Assembly (NCBI GenBank): GCA_028706395.1
Contig: JAQWBL010000004.1
Location: 1-60,167 of the forward strand
Reading direction: 5' to 3'
Source: Bacilli bacterium
GTDB taxonomy: Bacteria > Bacillota_I > Bacilli_A > RF39 > UBA660
Length of the DNA stretch: 60,167 nt
The notes beneath the pieces were generated by a model. It saw only the letters and a program-made list of their open reading frames with translations, had not been told where the DNA came from and did not search any database. Shown here piece by piece: positions 38,796 through 49,839 of the stretch; the stretch's first letter is position 1, and every line of letters starts with the position of its first letter. Both the position numbers and the translations under genes were made by a program.

Positions 38796-39674
38796 ATGAA
38801 GAAAAAATTGTTAATTACAATAGGAATTATTATTTTAGTTTTTTTAACAGTTTTCGCCTATGCCCATTTTCTAGGAACAAAAGGATTAGTTGTTAAAGAA
38901 ATAAAAATAACAGACAATACAATACCAAATAGCTTTCATGGTTTTAAAGTTGTTCATTTAAGTGATATTCACTATGGACGAAGCGTTAAAGAAAAACAAA
39001 TTAAATTAATTGTTGATAAAATTAATATTCTAAAACCAGATATCGTTGTTATAACTGGTGATTTACTGGATAGGGATAAAGAATTAACTAGTGAACAACA
39101 AAAGATTCTAACAGAACAACTAAAAAAAATCGAAGTAACAATTGGTAAGTATATTATTGCCGGGAATCATGATTATGATAACGGTATAGATAAATGGCAA
39201 ACCTTAGTTCAAAATAGCGATTTTATTAATTTAAATGACAACTATCAGTTAATTTATAATAATGGTATTACTCCAATATTAATTAACGGAATGAGCTCAA
39301 ACTTACATAATCACATGACAATTGAAAAAAAGTTGGAAAATCATTTTAATTTCTTAAAAGAATTTGAAAAGCCAAATAATGAAACAATAAAACCAGCTTA
39401 TAATATAATGATTATACATGAACCGGATTATGTGGATGAATTCAAATATGATAATTTCAATTTAATATTAGCTGGTCATTCTCACAATGGACAAGTAAGA
39501 CTACCTTTTATTAATAAATTAGTTACGCCTATTGGTGCTCAAAAATATCACAGAGAACAATATAATTTAGAAAATACAAAGATGTATATTTCAAGTGGTT
39601 TAGGAACATCTACACTTGATGTAAGGTTATTTAATAAACCATCAATAAATTTTTATCGATTAACAACTAAATGA
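38796..39674 (+). CDS. membrane-anchored metallophosphoesterase (YkuE-like)
   Basis: 292 aa with an N-terminal TM segment. The motifs are HLSDIHYG, GDLLD, GNHD and GHSHNGQ. Confidence 0.8.
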   Translation: MKKKLLITIGIIILVFLTVFAYAHFLGTKGLVVKEIKITDNTIPNSFHGFKVVHLSDIHYGRSVKEKQIKLIVDKINILKPDIVVITGDLLDRDKELTSEQQKILTEQLKKIEVTIGKYIIAGNHDYDNGIDKWQTLVQNSDFINLNDNYQLIYNNGITPILINGMSSNLHNHMTIEKKLENHFNFLKEFEKPNNETIKPAYNIMIIHEPDYVDEFKYDNFNLILAGHSHNGQVRLPFINKLVTPIGAQKYHREQYNLENTKMYISSGLGTSTLDVRLFNKPSINFYRLTTK

Positions 39675-39686
39675 AAAATACTAAAA

Positions 39687-40061
39687 TTAATTAGTATTTT
39701 TTAATTGATAAAATCCATGAATATTACAATAAGTATATACTATGAAATTATCACTTTTTACATTAAACTTAGCAACCGGTTCATCATTTGGTTTTAGTAA
39801 CACTTTTTGAACGCGATCTTCTTCAACAACTGCAATCCACTCAATATAATGTGCATCAATCATCGGATGAATCGTTTTACCAATTTGAACAGTTACTTCA
39901 TTTCCTTCCTTTTCAACAAATGGAATATGTTTTTCATAAGTATTTTCTTCAGTACTTATTGCAATTTCTGTCATTTCTTCTCCGCAACAGACTAATGTTC
40001 CACCACCATCGTTGATTAATTCAACAATATTTCCACAAATCTCACATCTAAATAATCTCAT
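39687..40061 (-). CDS. dfx: desulfoferrodoxin (2Fe superoxide reductase)
   Basis: 124 aa. The N-terminal desulforedoxin-like Cys pattern is CEICGN...VCCG. The C-terminal SOR ligands are HIPF, HPM...H and CNIHG. Confidence 0.85.
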   Translation of the reverse strand: MRLFRCEICGNIVELINDGGGTLVCCGEEMTEIAISTEENTYEKHIPFVEKEGNEVTVQIGKTIHPMIDAHYIEWIAVVEEDRVQKVLLKPNDEPVAKFNVKSDNFIVYTYCNIHGFYQLKNTN

Positions 40062-40112
40062 TTTAACCTCCTTATGATTACATTATATCATAATCAATTA
40101 AATTGTAAATAA

Positions 40113-42731
40113 TTACACACCAGTATTTTTATGGTGTTTTTTTAACCATATTTTTCTTACCCAATCAACTGGAATTACCGTAAGTGAAATTAATATTACT
40201 AAAATAAGTTCATATGCATTAAGCCCAATTACTCTAAAAAGAGTACCTCCATAATATATAATACAGACTTGAATAACCGTTATTAATAACATTATAAACA
40301 TAAAGCCTCGATTACGAGTAATATTAGCAATAACATTAAGTCGATGAGTTCTTGCATTAAAACAGTTAAATATTCCAATAAAGATAAAGAGTGCGAAAAA
40401 GGCTGTCATTAGATGTAATCCATTTGTATCATCAATGAAAATTATTTTCATAATAGGCAATTTAATAAATAATAAACACAGAATAAATGAATACAAACCA
40501 GTAAACACAATTTGACCAAACATATATCTATTAATTATGTTTTCGTTACGTCTTTTAGGTGCTTCATCCATATACTCCTTTAAAGCAGGTTCTCCAGCAA
40601 ATGCAAGAGCCGCAAGCGTGTCCATAACCATATTCACCCATAGCATCTGAACAACGGTGATAGGGTCCTCTATTCCAATAAATGGGCCAATAATAGAAAT
40701 TCCAACAGCGCACATATTAATAGTTAACTGTAATATAATAAACTTCCTAATATTTTTGAAAATGGTTCTTCCATATAATATAGCTTTTGATATTGATTCA
40801 AAATTATTATCCAAAATAACTATATCCGAGGCTTCTTTGGCAACCTCTGTTCCACTTCCCATCGCAATACCAACATCGGCCTTTTTAATGGCTGGGGCAT
40901 CATTAACACCATCCCCTGTCATTCCAACTACTAAATTTAATTCTTGAGCAATTCGAACCAGACGACTTTTATCACTAGGAAGTGCTCTTGAAACAACTCT
41001 TATTCGTTTTAAATTTTCTTTTAAATATTGATCTGACATTCGAGATAATTCATCACTATTAATAATTAACGAATTAGAATCTAATAAATCTATTTCACTA
41101 GCAATTGCTGATGCTGTCCTTTTAGCATCACCAGTTATCATTACAACTTGAATACCAGCTTTTCTCACTTGATCAAGAGATTCCTTAACACCTTCTCTAA
41201 CTTCATCTCTTATACCAATAATTCCAACTAAAGTTAAATTTCTTAATTCCATGTTTTTTTCAACTTCACTATTTGTTGTGGCAATCGCAATAAATCTAAT
41301 ACTTTTTTCAGACAGTTGATTCATTTTATTTAATAATCTACTTTTATTCATAAATGGTTTTTTATTACCCGACTCATCATAGCAATAATGACACTTATCA
41401 ATTATAATTTCAGGCATGCCTTTAACCAAAGTAACATTATAATCTCCTTTTACTTTAGTCATTGATAATTTAGTTTTACTATTAAAAGGTATTTGTTTTT
41501 CTTTTCTAATATTGACATTACTTTTATTAGAACTAACGTACTCAAGAAGCGCCCGGTCAGTTGCATTACTTCCAATCGCCATCTTTTTTTCATTATCATA
41601 AGTAGCACTATTGTTATATTTTAATGATATATCCAATAGTTCGAATAATTTACTAGTACCAAATGAAAGATTACTAGAATATTCTTTAGAATTGCCATCA
41701 ATAAAATTTACAACTTGTAACTTTCCTTTAGTAAGGGTACCCGTCTTATCCGTAAATAAAATATTTAAACTACCAAATGTTTCTATCCCTAGTAATTTTC
41801 TAACTAAAATATTATCTTTTAGCATCTTTTTCATGTTTCTTGATAAGACCAAAGTAATCATCATTGGTAATCCTTCAGGAACAGCCACAACTATTACTGT
41901 TACCGCTAAGGTTATTGCATGTAAAAGATGACCAACCATTAAGTGGTGATTACTAAACATTGTCTTAATTGCACTACTATCAAAACCATTTTTAATTAAA
42001 ATTGCATCAAATAAATATGATGTAGCAACTAAGAAAGCACCCACATAACCTAATTTACTAATCGTTTTAGCAAGTTTTCGAAGGCGATGTTTTAATGGCC
42101 CTTCCCTTTTTTCATCTTGAAGTTCTAGCCCAATACTACCATAAACAGTTTTATCACCAACACTGGTCACTAACATAAGTGCTTCGTTTGCGCAGACAAC
42201 ACTACCGCGCAATACTTTATTATCATTAATATCTCTTGTTACTTCTTTAGATTCACCATTTAAAGCTGAATCATCAACTTCGATACTACCTTTAATGATA
42301 ATACCATCAGCTGGAACTTTGTCTCCTGCTTGCAATAAAGAAACATCATTTTGAACAATGTCATCCATTGAAATTTCTGTTAACATACCATTTCGATATA
42401 CTCGACAATTGATTTTAGAAGCTTCTTCCTGAAGTTTTTTAAATGAAGCTTCACTTCCATATTCGGATAAAGTTGATATTAGTGATGCTATAAAAATGGC
42501 AATTGCGATACCTACTGTTTCATACCAGTCAAAACTTCTAAGTAAAAATAAAGTTTTAACCGCAAGAGCAATTAATAATATTTTCGTCATAGGTTCCCCT
42601 AAACTTTCAACAAAAAGTTTAACAAAGGAATTTTGTTTTTTTATACTTATTTTATTACTCCCATTTTTAAGTCGTGATTCAATAACTTGTTTATCTGTTA
42701 GTCCAATTTCTCTTATATTCACTATTATCAC
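40113..42731 (-). CDS. P2-type cation (probably Ca2+) transporting ATPase
   Basis: 872 aa. The motifs are PADG, PEGLP, DKTGTLT, MITGD and GDGVNDAPA. Confidence 0.85.
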   Translation of the reverse strand: MIIVNIREIGLTDKQVIESRLKNGSNKISIKKQNSFVKLFVESLGEPMTKILLIALAVKTLFLLRSFDWYETVGIAIAIFIASLISTLSEYGSEASFKKLQEEASKINCRVYRNGMLTEISMDDIVQNDVSLLQAGDKVPADGIIIKGSIEVDDSALNGESKEVTRDINDNKVLRGSVVCANEALMLVTSVGDKTVYGSIGLELQDEKREGPLKHRLRKLAKTISKLGYVGAFLVATSYLFDAILIKNGFDSSAIKTMFSNHHLMVGHLLHAITLAVTVIVVAVPEGLPMMITLVLSRNMKKMLKDNILVRKLLGIETFGSLNILFTDKTGTLTKGKLQVVNFIDGNSKEYSSNLSFGTSKLFELLDISLKYNNSATYDNEKKMAIGSNATDRALLEYVSSNKSNVNIRKEKQIPFNSKTKLSMTKVKGDYNVTLVKGMPEIIIDKCHYCYDESGNKKPFMNKSRLLNKMNQLSEKSIRFIAIATTNSEVEKNMELRNLTLVGIIGIRDEVREGVKESLDQVRKAGIQVVMITGDAKRTASAIASEIDLLDSNSLIINSDELSRMSDQYLKENLKRIRVVSRALPSDKSRLVRIAQELNLVVGMTGDGVNDAPAIKKADVGIAMGSGTEVAKEASDIVILDNNFESISKAILYGRTIFKNIRKFIILQLTINMCAVGISIIGPFIGIEDPITVVQMLWVNMVMDTLAALAFAGEPALKEYMDEAPKRRNENIINRYMFGQIVFTGLYSFILCLLFIKLPIMKIIFIDDTNGLHLMTAFFALFIFIGIFNCFNARTHRLNVIANITRNRGFMFIMLLITVIQVCIIYYGGTLFRVIGLNAYELILVILISLTVIPVDWVRKIWLKKHHKNTGV

Positions 42732-42810
42732 CTATAAAATACTATTAGGTAATAACTTTATCTACCACATTAATAAATCGACAAAAAAAACAGTATCAAA
42801 TTATACTGTT

Positions 42811-43563
42811 TTAATTTTCTTTTTCTTTTTGAATTTTATAATTTATTTTTAGCAGTAATTTTCTCGGTAATATTCTTGTCATAAATACACCAAGTTTTAT
42901 AAAAAATCCTGGAATAATAATTAATTTTCTTTTCATCATTTTATTAATTGCATATTCTGCAACAACTTTACTTTCCATAGCTTTAACTGAAAATTGCACT
43001 CCTGCAACATTATTAAAATTAGTATTAACCGGTCCTGGACATAAAGCACCAATATATACATTACTACCTTCATGACGAAGTTCTTCATAAATAGCTTCTG
43101 TAAGTTTTAATACATACCCTTTAGTTGCATAGTAAGTAGCCATAAGCGGTCCTGATAAGAAAGCAGCTGTTGATGCTACATTTAATATATAACCACTATC
43201 TCGTTCTTTAAAATCCTTTAAAAACATCTTTGTAAGTGTATGAACGGCTTTAATATTTAAATCAATCATATCCAGTTCACGATCTAAATTAGTTTCACTA
43301 AAATCACCAAAAACACCAAAACCAGCATTATTAATAAGAATATCAATTTTTTCTTTCTTAACTCTATTATATAATTTCATACAATTAAAAGTACTTGATA
43401 TATCCATTGAAATTATTTTGACGTTATCTCCTAATTCTTTTTTTATTGCTTCTAAGTTTTTTTTATCACGAGCAACAAGTATTAACTCATAACCTTTATC
43501 ATAAAGGACTCGCGCCATATCAGCACCGATACCTGAACTAGCCCCCGTAATTAAAGCCTTCAT
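42811..43563 (-). CDS. short-chain dehydrogenase/reductase (SDR)
   Basis: TGASSGIG, NNAG and YYATK are present. I prefer the ATG at 43563 after a GGAAGGTG RBS over the upstream GTG. Confidence 0.8.
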   Translation of the reverse strand: MKALITGASSGIGADMARVLYDKGYELILVARDKKNLEAIKKELGDNVKIISMDISSTFNCMKLYNRVKKEKIDILINNAGFGVFGDFSETNLDRELDMIDLNIKAVHTLTKMFLKDFKERDSGYILNVASTAAFLSGPLMATYYATKGYVLKLTEAIYEELRHEGSNVYIGALCPGPVNTNFNNVAGVQFSVKAMESKVVAEYAINKMMKRKLIIIPGFFIKLGVFMTRILPRKLLLKINYKIQKEKEN

Positions 43564-43877
43564 ACTATCAACACCTTCCACTACTATAATTATATAGCAT
43601 ATTTATTCATAAAACAACTTTATATTATAATTAAGTAATTTATTCGTAGGTATACCAATTATTATTTTGATTATATTTCACTTACTAAATTTCCATGATT
43701 TTTATATAAACTTATTGTGTTTATTGTTCAATTATATGTACTTTATAAGAACGGTTATTATCCTTTTTCTATGGAAATCCTTTATATTTTAAACTTATAC
43801 CTTCTATATTTGATTATTCGAAAGTTGGTGAAATATTTTTAAAAAAGAAAAAAACTTAGGCTTTTAACAGCTATTAT

Positions 43878-44522
43878 CTACTCAACATTTTCTATTAGAG
43901 TTATTCTTTTATCATCAAACTGGTATATATAATCTGCCAGAAGCTTAACATCATCTTTAATATGAGTGGAAATAATAATTATTTTATTTTCCTCTTTCAA
44001 CTTTAAAAATATTTCCCTTAATTTAATAACTGTTTTTTCTTCTATCCCATTAAATGGTTCATCAAAGATCATCAAATCAGGGTTTTCCATTAATACTTGT
44101 GCAATACCAAGTTTTTGTTTCATACCATAAGAATAAAAAATGTAGTTTTTGTTCATTTCTTCTGTTAGATTAACCATTTCTAATGTTTTTTCGATATCTT
44201 CTTTAGTTAAGTTAGATTGAACTTTTGCTAAAAGACTTAAATTTTCTAACCCTGACAATTCGGGCAAAAAGGATGGTGAGTCAATTAATGCACGAGTTGA
44301 TGGCGGAAAATCACCATTTTTTATTATATCAATTCCATCTATTAGTATTTCACCTGCGTCTGGTTTATAAAAACCACATAATAGTTTTAAAAAAACACTT
44401 TTACCACTACCATTTCTACCTACTAAAGCATAGATGTTGCCAGGTTCAAAATTAATATTAATATTTTCAAGAACTGGTACTTTCTTAAAACTTTTTGATA
44501 CATTTTTAACTTCTATTTTCAT
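43878..44522 (-). CDS. ABC transporter ATP-binding protein (small ABC-2 / immunity-type)
   Basis: 214 aa. It has Walker A GRNGSGKS, a degenerate signature YSYGMKQK and Walker B LMIFDEPFNG. Confidence 0.85.
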   Translation of the reverse strand: MKIEVKNVSKSFKKVPVLENININFEPGNIYALVGRNGSGKSVFLKLLCGFYKPDAGEILIDGIDIIKNGDFPPSTRALIDSPSFLPELSGLENLSLLAKVQSNLTKEDIEKTLEMVNLTEEMNKNYIFYSYGMKQKLGIAQVLMENPDLMIFDEPFNGIEEKTVIKLREIFLKLKEENKIIIISTHIKDDVKLLADYIYQFDDKRITLIENVE

Positions 44523-44530
44523 AATTCCTC

Positions 44531-45187
44531 CTAAATTTTTTCATAAATATTATAATATCTTTTTTTAAATATTCTATAAAAAAGACCAACTAAAATTAAA
44601 AGACTGAGTAATAAAATATATAGATAAGTTTTTAAGCTTACAACTGTAATAGGAAATATTAATATCACTAAAAAAAGCATACAAATTATAACAATACTCG
44701 TGGTATAACTCTTTAAAAAAGTTAACACGAGTAAACTTATAAAAATAAATATTAAAGAAAGTAAAATATCAGTTGGATAATATAAAAACATTTGAAAATT
44801 TAGATAATTAATATTACCAATAAAAGATATTATAATATAGAATATACACTTATATATGAATACATACCCTATAATTAATATTGTTTTAACTATTATCCAT
44901 TTTTTTAAAGATCCCCTTAAAAATAAATTTTGAATACCTAATTTAAAACTTTCCATAAATATATATAATGATGAAATAATGGCAAATGACCAATTTAAGC
45001 CATATAAAAACAATTCAACGGGCAAAGATTTATCATCATAAGTAAGACCCAAGATAGCTCCTGGTGTTAAACTTTGATTGTTTGTTAATTTAAAAATAAC
45101 CATCACAGCAATTAATACTATTAATTGAATTAAAAATAATTTAATTATTTTAGTTTTCAAAATATTAAGTTCGTTTTGAAAAATCAT
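44531..45187 (-). CDS. multi-pass membrane protein (putative ABC-2 permease component)
   Basis: 218 aa, about six hydrophobic segments. It overlaps the upstream ORF by 4 nt. Confidence 0.55.
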   Translation of the reverse strand: MIFQNELNILKTKIIKLFLIQLIVLIAVMVIFKLTNNQSLTPGAILGLTYDDKSLPVELFLYGLNWSFAIISSLYIFMESFKLGIQNLFLRGSLKKWIIVKTILIIGYVFIYKCIFYIIISFIGNINYLNFQMFLYYPTDILLSLIFIFISLLVLTFLKSYTTSIVIICMLFLVILIFPITVVSLKTYLYILLLSLLILVGLFYRIFKKRYYNIYEKI

Positions 45188-45939
45188 GAAATTACTCCTT
45201 TTAATTTAATTTTTTTTAAGACAAGTGAATTAAATAATTTGAAAATTGATAGTAATATAATTATATATACCCCAAACATAAGAATTTCTATAATAACTGA
45301 ACTATAATTTAATTTAATAATATATTTGCTCGGGTTTAAAAAGATAGGAAAAACCGTACTTATCTCGGTCATTATTATAGTAGGATTTAAATACCAATAA
45401 TAAAAAGCAATGTTTATTATTATTAAAATTGGTGTTTTTAACAACTGAATTAATGTTGAATTAATTAAACAAATCATCAAAGTAATAGAATAAACTTTAA
45501 TTAAAACTATCATTAAGCGAATTATATTAGGAAAATTATCATTAAAAGTGCTTTCTATTTTCAAACGATATCCACTAAAATTCATTAAAATTAAATTAAT
45601 TATTAACGCAGTTAAAAAGATAAAACTATAAGAAATAATAACTGATTTAAAATAACTAGATAAATATTGTTTATGATTTTTTAAGCGATTAAAATACGGA
45701 AAATTTCTACTGAACTCATTATATAAGTTTATAATTAATATCAAAGGAATAAAAAAATTTGTTGCTAGTATATACCAAGAAGATGAATACCCAATAATAA
45801 GTAGGTCTATATAGCTAGCTTTTGCATTACTAGAAAAAAACATATAAATTGAGAGAATCAAAATTAATCCCGTTAGTAATTTGAATAATAACGAATTAAC
45901 AATTTTCATTGAAAAATTATAAATAAAATTATTTTTCAT
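45184..45939 (-). CDS. multi-pass membrane protein (putative ABC-2 permease component)
   Basis: 251 aa, multiple hydrophobic segments. It overlaps both neighbours. Confidence 0.55.
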   Translation of the reverse strand: MKNNFIYNFSMKIVNSLLFKLLTGLILILSIYMFFSSNAKASYIDLLIIGYSSSWYILATNFFIPLILIINLYNEFSRNFPYFNRLKNHKQYLSSYFKSVIISYSFIFLTALIINLILMNFSGYRLKIESTFNDNFPNIIRLMIVLIKVYSITLMICLINSTLIQLLKTPILIIINIAFYYWYLNPTIIMTEISTVFPIFLNPSKYIIKLNYSSVIIEILMFGVYIIILLSIFKLFNSLVLKKIKLKGVIS

Positions 45940-46831
45940 TTTGGATAATCACCTTCTCTTTATTATTATAAGACATTAAAACAATTATCAAGCTAGAAAG
46001 AAAAAGAAATAGACTGTAACCAAATTCAAAGAGAATAGTTGATGAGGATTCATAATTCCAAAAACTATAAAATAGTAATTCTGGAATCATAAAATTTTTA
46101 AAAGTAATTGCAAGAATAGTAAAAATTATAACTTCAAAGCACAATCCTAATATAAAGAAAGTAATAAAGGAAGCAAATATTGCTAAAATTTTATTAATAC
46201 CTTTATTTGCAAAAAACAAAGCAATATTTGCAATGAATAAGTTATACAAAAACAAACTAATTGTATAAAAGGTTAGAAAATATATTGGTGTTTCTAAAAA
46301 AAGATCAGAAACATAAGTTGTATCTTGTTTCAACGCATATGATGGATCAAATGTTCCCGTAATAATATACAAAATAAAGAAGGAGGTAATCAATGAAATA
46401 GGAATAACAAGAACAAATGCATAACTTTTAACAATTTCTTTAAAAACTATTTTGGAATATTTTTCTCTTAATAATAAATTTTTAAGGTAACCACTTTTAA
46501 ATTTAGAATGAATTACCCAAATAGTCATTATAATTATCAAAAATGGTGTGACTAAATCTAACATTCTTAATGTACTAGATATCTTATTTTGAAAAAAGGC
46601 GTTAACTACATCTGTTTGATAGGGTTCATATTCTTTTAAATTTTCACATTCTTTTCGGACATATTCATGCATTGAATCATGTGGCTGTTCTTGACAATAT
46701 TGTTGAAAATCAGTATATTGCTTTCGATGGTTGCTGTAAAATTTTAAATAATTTACGCTTTCAAATGTTATCCAAATAAAAATACAAGAAAATATTATTA
46801 TTGGTATTAAATTAATTTTTAGTTTTGTCAT
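45929..46831 (-). CDS. multi-pass membrane protein with a large first extracytoplasmic loop (ABC-2 permease-like)
   Basis: ATG at 46831 after GGAGG. TM1 is followed by a loop of about 70 aa containing 3 Cys, then about 5 more TM segments. Confidence 0.55.
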   Translation of the reverse strand: MTKLKINLIPIIIFSCIFIWITFESVNYLKFYSNHRKQYTDFQQYCQEQPHDSMHEYVRKECENLKEYEPYQTDVVNAFFQNKISSTLRMLDLVTPFLIIIMTIWVIHSKFKSGYLKNLLLREKYSKIVFKEIVKSYAFVLVIPISLITSFFILYIITGTFDPSYALKQDTTYVSDLFLETPIYFLTFYTISLFLYNLFIANIALFFANKGINKILAIFASFITFFILGLCFEVIIFTILAITFKNFMIPELLFYSFWNYESSSTILFEFGYSLFLFLSSLIIVLMSYNNKEKVIIQNEK

Positions 46832-46886
46832 AAATTCCTCCAACTATTATAGAAAATGTGTATTATTTAATTAATTCACTTTTTTA

Positions 46887-47333
46887 TTAGTCTACTATCC
46901 ATTCGCCCCAATAACTAGTTGGAGTCAAATATGAAGAAACTGTTCTAAAATCTATCATAGTATTACCAGGAGAATAACCATAACTTAGAGAACTTGTAGA
47001 TGTTATATTTTTAGTTTGATTTTTTTTGTTAAATACTGTAACTGGAGCATAACCTGTCTCACCCAAATAATTATGCCCTAACACCTCGACCTGAATATCT
47101 CTAAAAGGAAATAACCAATTGGATGCGTGGTCCTCTTTAGCACTGTCGACAGTTATCAATTTCTGGACACTATAATTTTGTTTGTATTCCATAAAAGCTA
47201 TACTATTTGTTAAAGTAGGTATTTTAATATTAATAAAAATCATTGAGTTTTGTGCGAATACCCCCGTAGCTGAAAATATGGCTGTAATAATAAAAAGAGA
47301 AAATAATATTTTGATTTCTTTCAAAATCATCAC
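46887..47333 (-). CDS. small secreted protein of unknown function
   Basis: 148 aa. The signal peptide is LFSLFIITAIFSATGVFA|QNS. It is the first gene of the cluster. Confidence 0.55.
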   Translation of the reverse strand: MMILKEIKILFSLFIITAIFSATGVFAQNSMIFINIKIPTLTNSIAFMEYKQNYSVQKLITVDSAKEDHASNWLFPFRDIQVEVLGHNYLGETGYAPVTVFNKKNQTKNITSTSSLSYGYSPGNTMIDFRTVSSYLTPTSYWGEWIVD

Positions 47334-47570
47334 CCTTTCATTGTTTTTTTTACAACAAACAACTTACTTCTTACTACTAATACACATTTTACCACACCAT
47401 AATTGTAACAATAGTAATTTTGAAAGTCAATTATATTAAATAAAAGATGTTAATTACTAATTTAAAACTTTAATTTTTTTAATTTAACCTATATTTATTA
47501 ATCTTTTACACTTTCCCTTTTACGCAATTTACTATTTAACTAATCATATAGTAGAATTTTTAAAATTAAT

Positions 47571-47599
47571 AAAAAAAAGAAGAAAATTATTCTTCTTCT
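47571..47599 (-). terminator. intrinsic terminator overlapping the rplQ stop
   Basis: Minus-strand GAAGAAGAA-UAAUU-UUCUUCUU followed by a long U-run (plus A-run 47571..47578). Confidence 0.6.
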
Positions 47600-47934
47600 A
47601 CTAATTTTAAAATTACCATTAAAGCGTCATCTCCACGACGTTCATTTAATTTTAAAATTCTTGTGTATCCACCATTACGATTAGCATATTTAGGCGCTAA
47701 AACGTCAAATACTTTTTTTGTTGCAACATTATCATTTTGTAGGAAAGCTAATGCTTTTCTTCTAGATACTAATGTTCCATTTTTTCCATATGTAACCATT
47801 TTATCTAAAAACTTACGAACTTCTTTAGCTCTTGTTTCAGTAGTTGTAATTTGTTCATTCATAATTAAGTCTTTAGTTAAATTAGCTAACATACTTCTTC
47901 TATGTTTATTATCTCTTCCTAATTTTCTATACAT
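47587..47934 (-). CDS. rplQ: 50S ribosomal protein L17
   Basis: 115 aa, [19 protein letters not shown]..., located after rpoA. Confidence 0.95.
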   Translation of the reverse strand: MYRKLGRDNKHRRSMLANLTKDLIMNEQITTTETRAKEVRKFLDKMVTYGKNGTLVSRRKALAFLQNDNVATKKVFDVLAPKYANRNGGYTRILKLNERRGDDALMVILKLVEEE

Positions 47935-47947
47935 GATATCCTCCTAC

Positions 47948-48901
47948 CTATTGATCTTCATCACGGAATTTAAGGCCCATTTCTCTGATTTTTTCAGTTA
48001 CTTCTTTTAATGATTTTTTACCTAAATTACGTATTTTCATCATTTCTAATTCTGATTTTTCTGTTAAGTCTCCTAGTGTATTAATATTAGCTCTTTTTAA
48101 GCAATTGTAAGCACGAACTGAAAAATCTAAATCATCAATTGATGTTTCCAATTTCTTAAGTTTACTATCTTCTTTCTTAGCAGTCATGACACCTGTCATA
48201 TCTGTAATTTCACTTAATTCAGTTAAAACATTTAAGTGTTCAATTAAAATCTTAGAAGATAATGCAAGTGCATCTTCTGGTCTCATTCCACCGTTAGTAT
48301 ACACATTAAGAGTTAATTTGTCATAACTATCATCTTGTCCCACACGAGCACTTTCAACTTCATAATTAACACGATCAATTGGTGAATATAAAGCATCAAT
48401 TGGAATATATCCGATTTTGCTATCTTCAACATTAATCTTGTTTTCATTTGATGGAACATATCCACGGCCATTAGATACGATTATTTCCATATCTAATTTC
48501 CCGCCTTTTGATACAGTAGCAATAACTTGATCTTTATTAATAATTTCGATATCAGCATCTAATTCAATATCAGCTGCCGTTACAACTTGTTCTTTCGATA
48601 CTGATAATCTAATTATTTTTGATTCTTTTGAGTGGTTTTTAACAACAATATTTTTTAAATTTAAAATAATTGTTGTAACATCTTCGACGACACCTTCAAT
48701 TGTTTGAAATTCATGCATTACTCCATCAATTTTAACAGCTGCAATTGCACTACCTGGTAAACTAGATAGCATTACTCTTCTTAATGCATTTCCAATTGTT
48801 GTACCAAATCCTCTTTCCAAAGGCTCTAATTCGAATTTTCCATAATTATTATTTTCCACATACTCAGTTATTTTATATGTTGGTTTTTCAAAGTTTAACA
48901 C
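47948..48901 (-). CDS. rpoA: DNA-directed RNA polymerase alpha subunit
   Basis: 317 aa. It has EPLERGFGTTIGNALRRVMLSSLPG and the C-terminal domain SVRAYNCLKRANI. Confidence 0.97.
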   Translation of the reverse strand: MLNFEKPTYKITEYVENNNYGKFELEPLERGFGTTIGNALRRVMLSSLPGSAIAAVKIDGVMHEFQTIEGVVEDVTTIILNLKNIVVKNHSKESKIIRLSVSKEQVVTAADIELDADIEIINKDQVIATVSKGGKLDMEIIVSNGRGYVPSNENKINVEDSKIGYIPIDALYSPIDRVNYEVESARVGQDDSYDKLTLNVYTNGGMRPEDALALSSKILIEHLNVLTELSEITDMTGVMTAKKEDSKLKKLETSIDDLDFSVRAYNCLKRANINTLGDLTEKSELEMMKIRNLGKKSLKEVTEKIREMGLKFRDEDQ

Positions 48902-48925
48902 TCTAACACACTCCTTTTCTTTATA

Positions 48926-49309
48926 TTAACCACGTGGACGTTTTGGTGGACGGCATCCGTTATGTGGTATTGGTGTTACATCTGTTATAGAAGTAATTTC
49001 TAAACCAGCAGTTTGTAATGAACGAATAGCTGTTTCGCGACCAGATCCTAATCCTTTTACAAATACTTCTACTTTTTTCATACCAACTTCTGCAGCAGCT
49101 TTTCCTGCAGCTTCAGCTGACATTCCAGCAGCAAATGGTGTTGATTTTTTACTTCCTTTAAAACCTAAAGTTCCAGCTGATGCCCAACTAATTGCATTTC
49201 CTTCTTTATCACTAATTGTTACAATTGTGTTATTGAATGTTGAATGAATAAAAGCATTTCCTTCTGGAACATTCTTTTTTACTTTTCTTTTTCTTGGTTT
49301 ATAAGCCAT
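48926..49309 (-). CDS. rpsK: 30S ribosomal protein S11
   Basis: 127 aa, with [13 protein letters not shown]-type and [13 protein letters not shown] blocks. Confidence 0.97.
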   Translation of the reverse strand: MAYKPRKRKVKKNVPEGNAFIHSTFNNTIVTISDKEGNAISWASAGTLGFKGSKKSTPFAAGMSAEAAGKAAAEVGMKKVEVFVKGLGSGRETAIRSLQTAGLEITSITDVTPIPHNGCRPPKRPRG

Positions 49310-49335
49310 TAGTTACCCTCCTTTTTAATTAAAAA

Positions 49336-49701
49336 TTATTTTTTCTTATTAGCAACTACTTTTCCTTTTCCTTTACGAGTTCTAGCATTACGATTTGTTC
49401 TTTGTCCTCTTACTGGTAATCCACGACGATGACGTGTTCCTTCATAAGAGTTAATTTCCATTTTTGTTTTAATGTTCATGCTTGTTTCACGTCGTAAATC
49501 ACCTTCAGTAATTTGTTTTTCGACTTCATCACGGATAAGCGTTAATTCATCATTACTTAACTCACTTACCTTTTTGTTTCCATCAACATTAACTGTTTTT
49601 AAAATTGTTTTTGATAAATTTTTTCCAATACCAAAAATATAAGTTAAAGATATTTCTACTCTTTTATTATCTGGTATGTCTACACCTTTAATTCGTGCCA
49701 T
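49336..49701 (-). CDS. rpsM: 30S ribosomal protein S13
   Basis: 121 aa, [26 protein letters not shown]. Confidence 0.97.
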   Translation of the reverse strand: MARIKGVDIPDNKRVEISLTYIFGIGKNLSKTILKTVNVDGNKKVSELSNDELTLIRDEVEKQITEGDLRRETSMNIKTKMEINSYEGTRHRRGLPVRGQRTNRNARTRKGKGKVVANKKK

Positions 49702-49714
49702 AAAACACCTCCTA

Positions 49715-49828
49715 TTATCCTTGTCTTTGCTTATGTTTTGGGTTAGAGCAAATTACATGTACTCTTCCCTTACGTCTGATAATTTTACATTTATCACATA
49801 TTTTTTTGACTGATGGTTTTATTTTCAT
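49715..49828 (-). CDS. rpmJ: 50S ribosomal protein L36
   Basis: 37 aa, read by hand as [37 protein letters not shown]. It is below the track cut-off and lies between infA and rpsM. Confidence 0.93.
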   Translation of the reverse strand: MKIKPSVKKICDKCKIIRRKGRVHVICSNPKHKQRQG

Positions 49829-49839
49829 ATAAATCCCTC

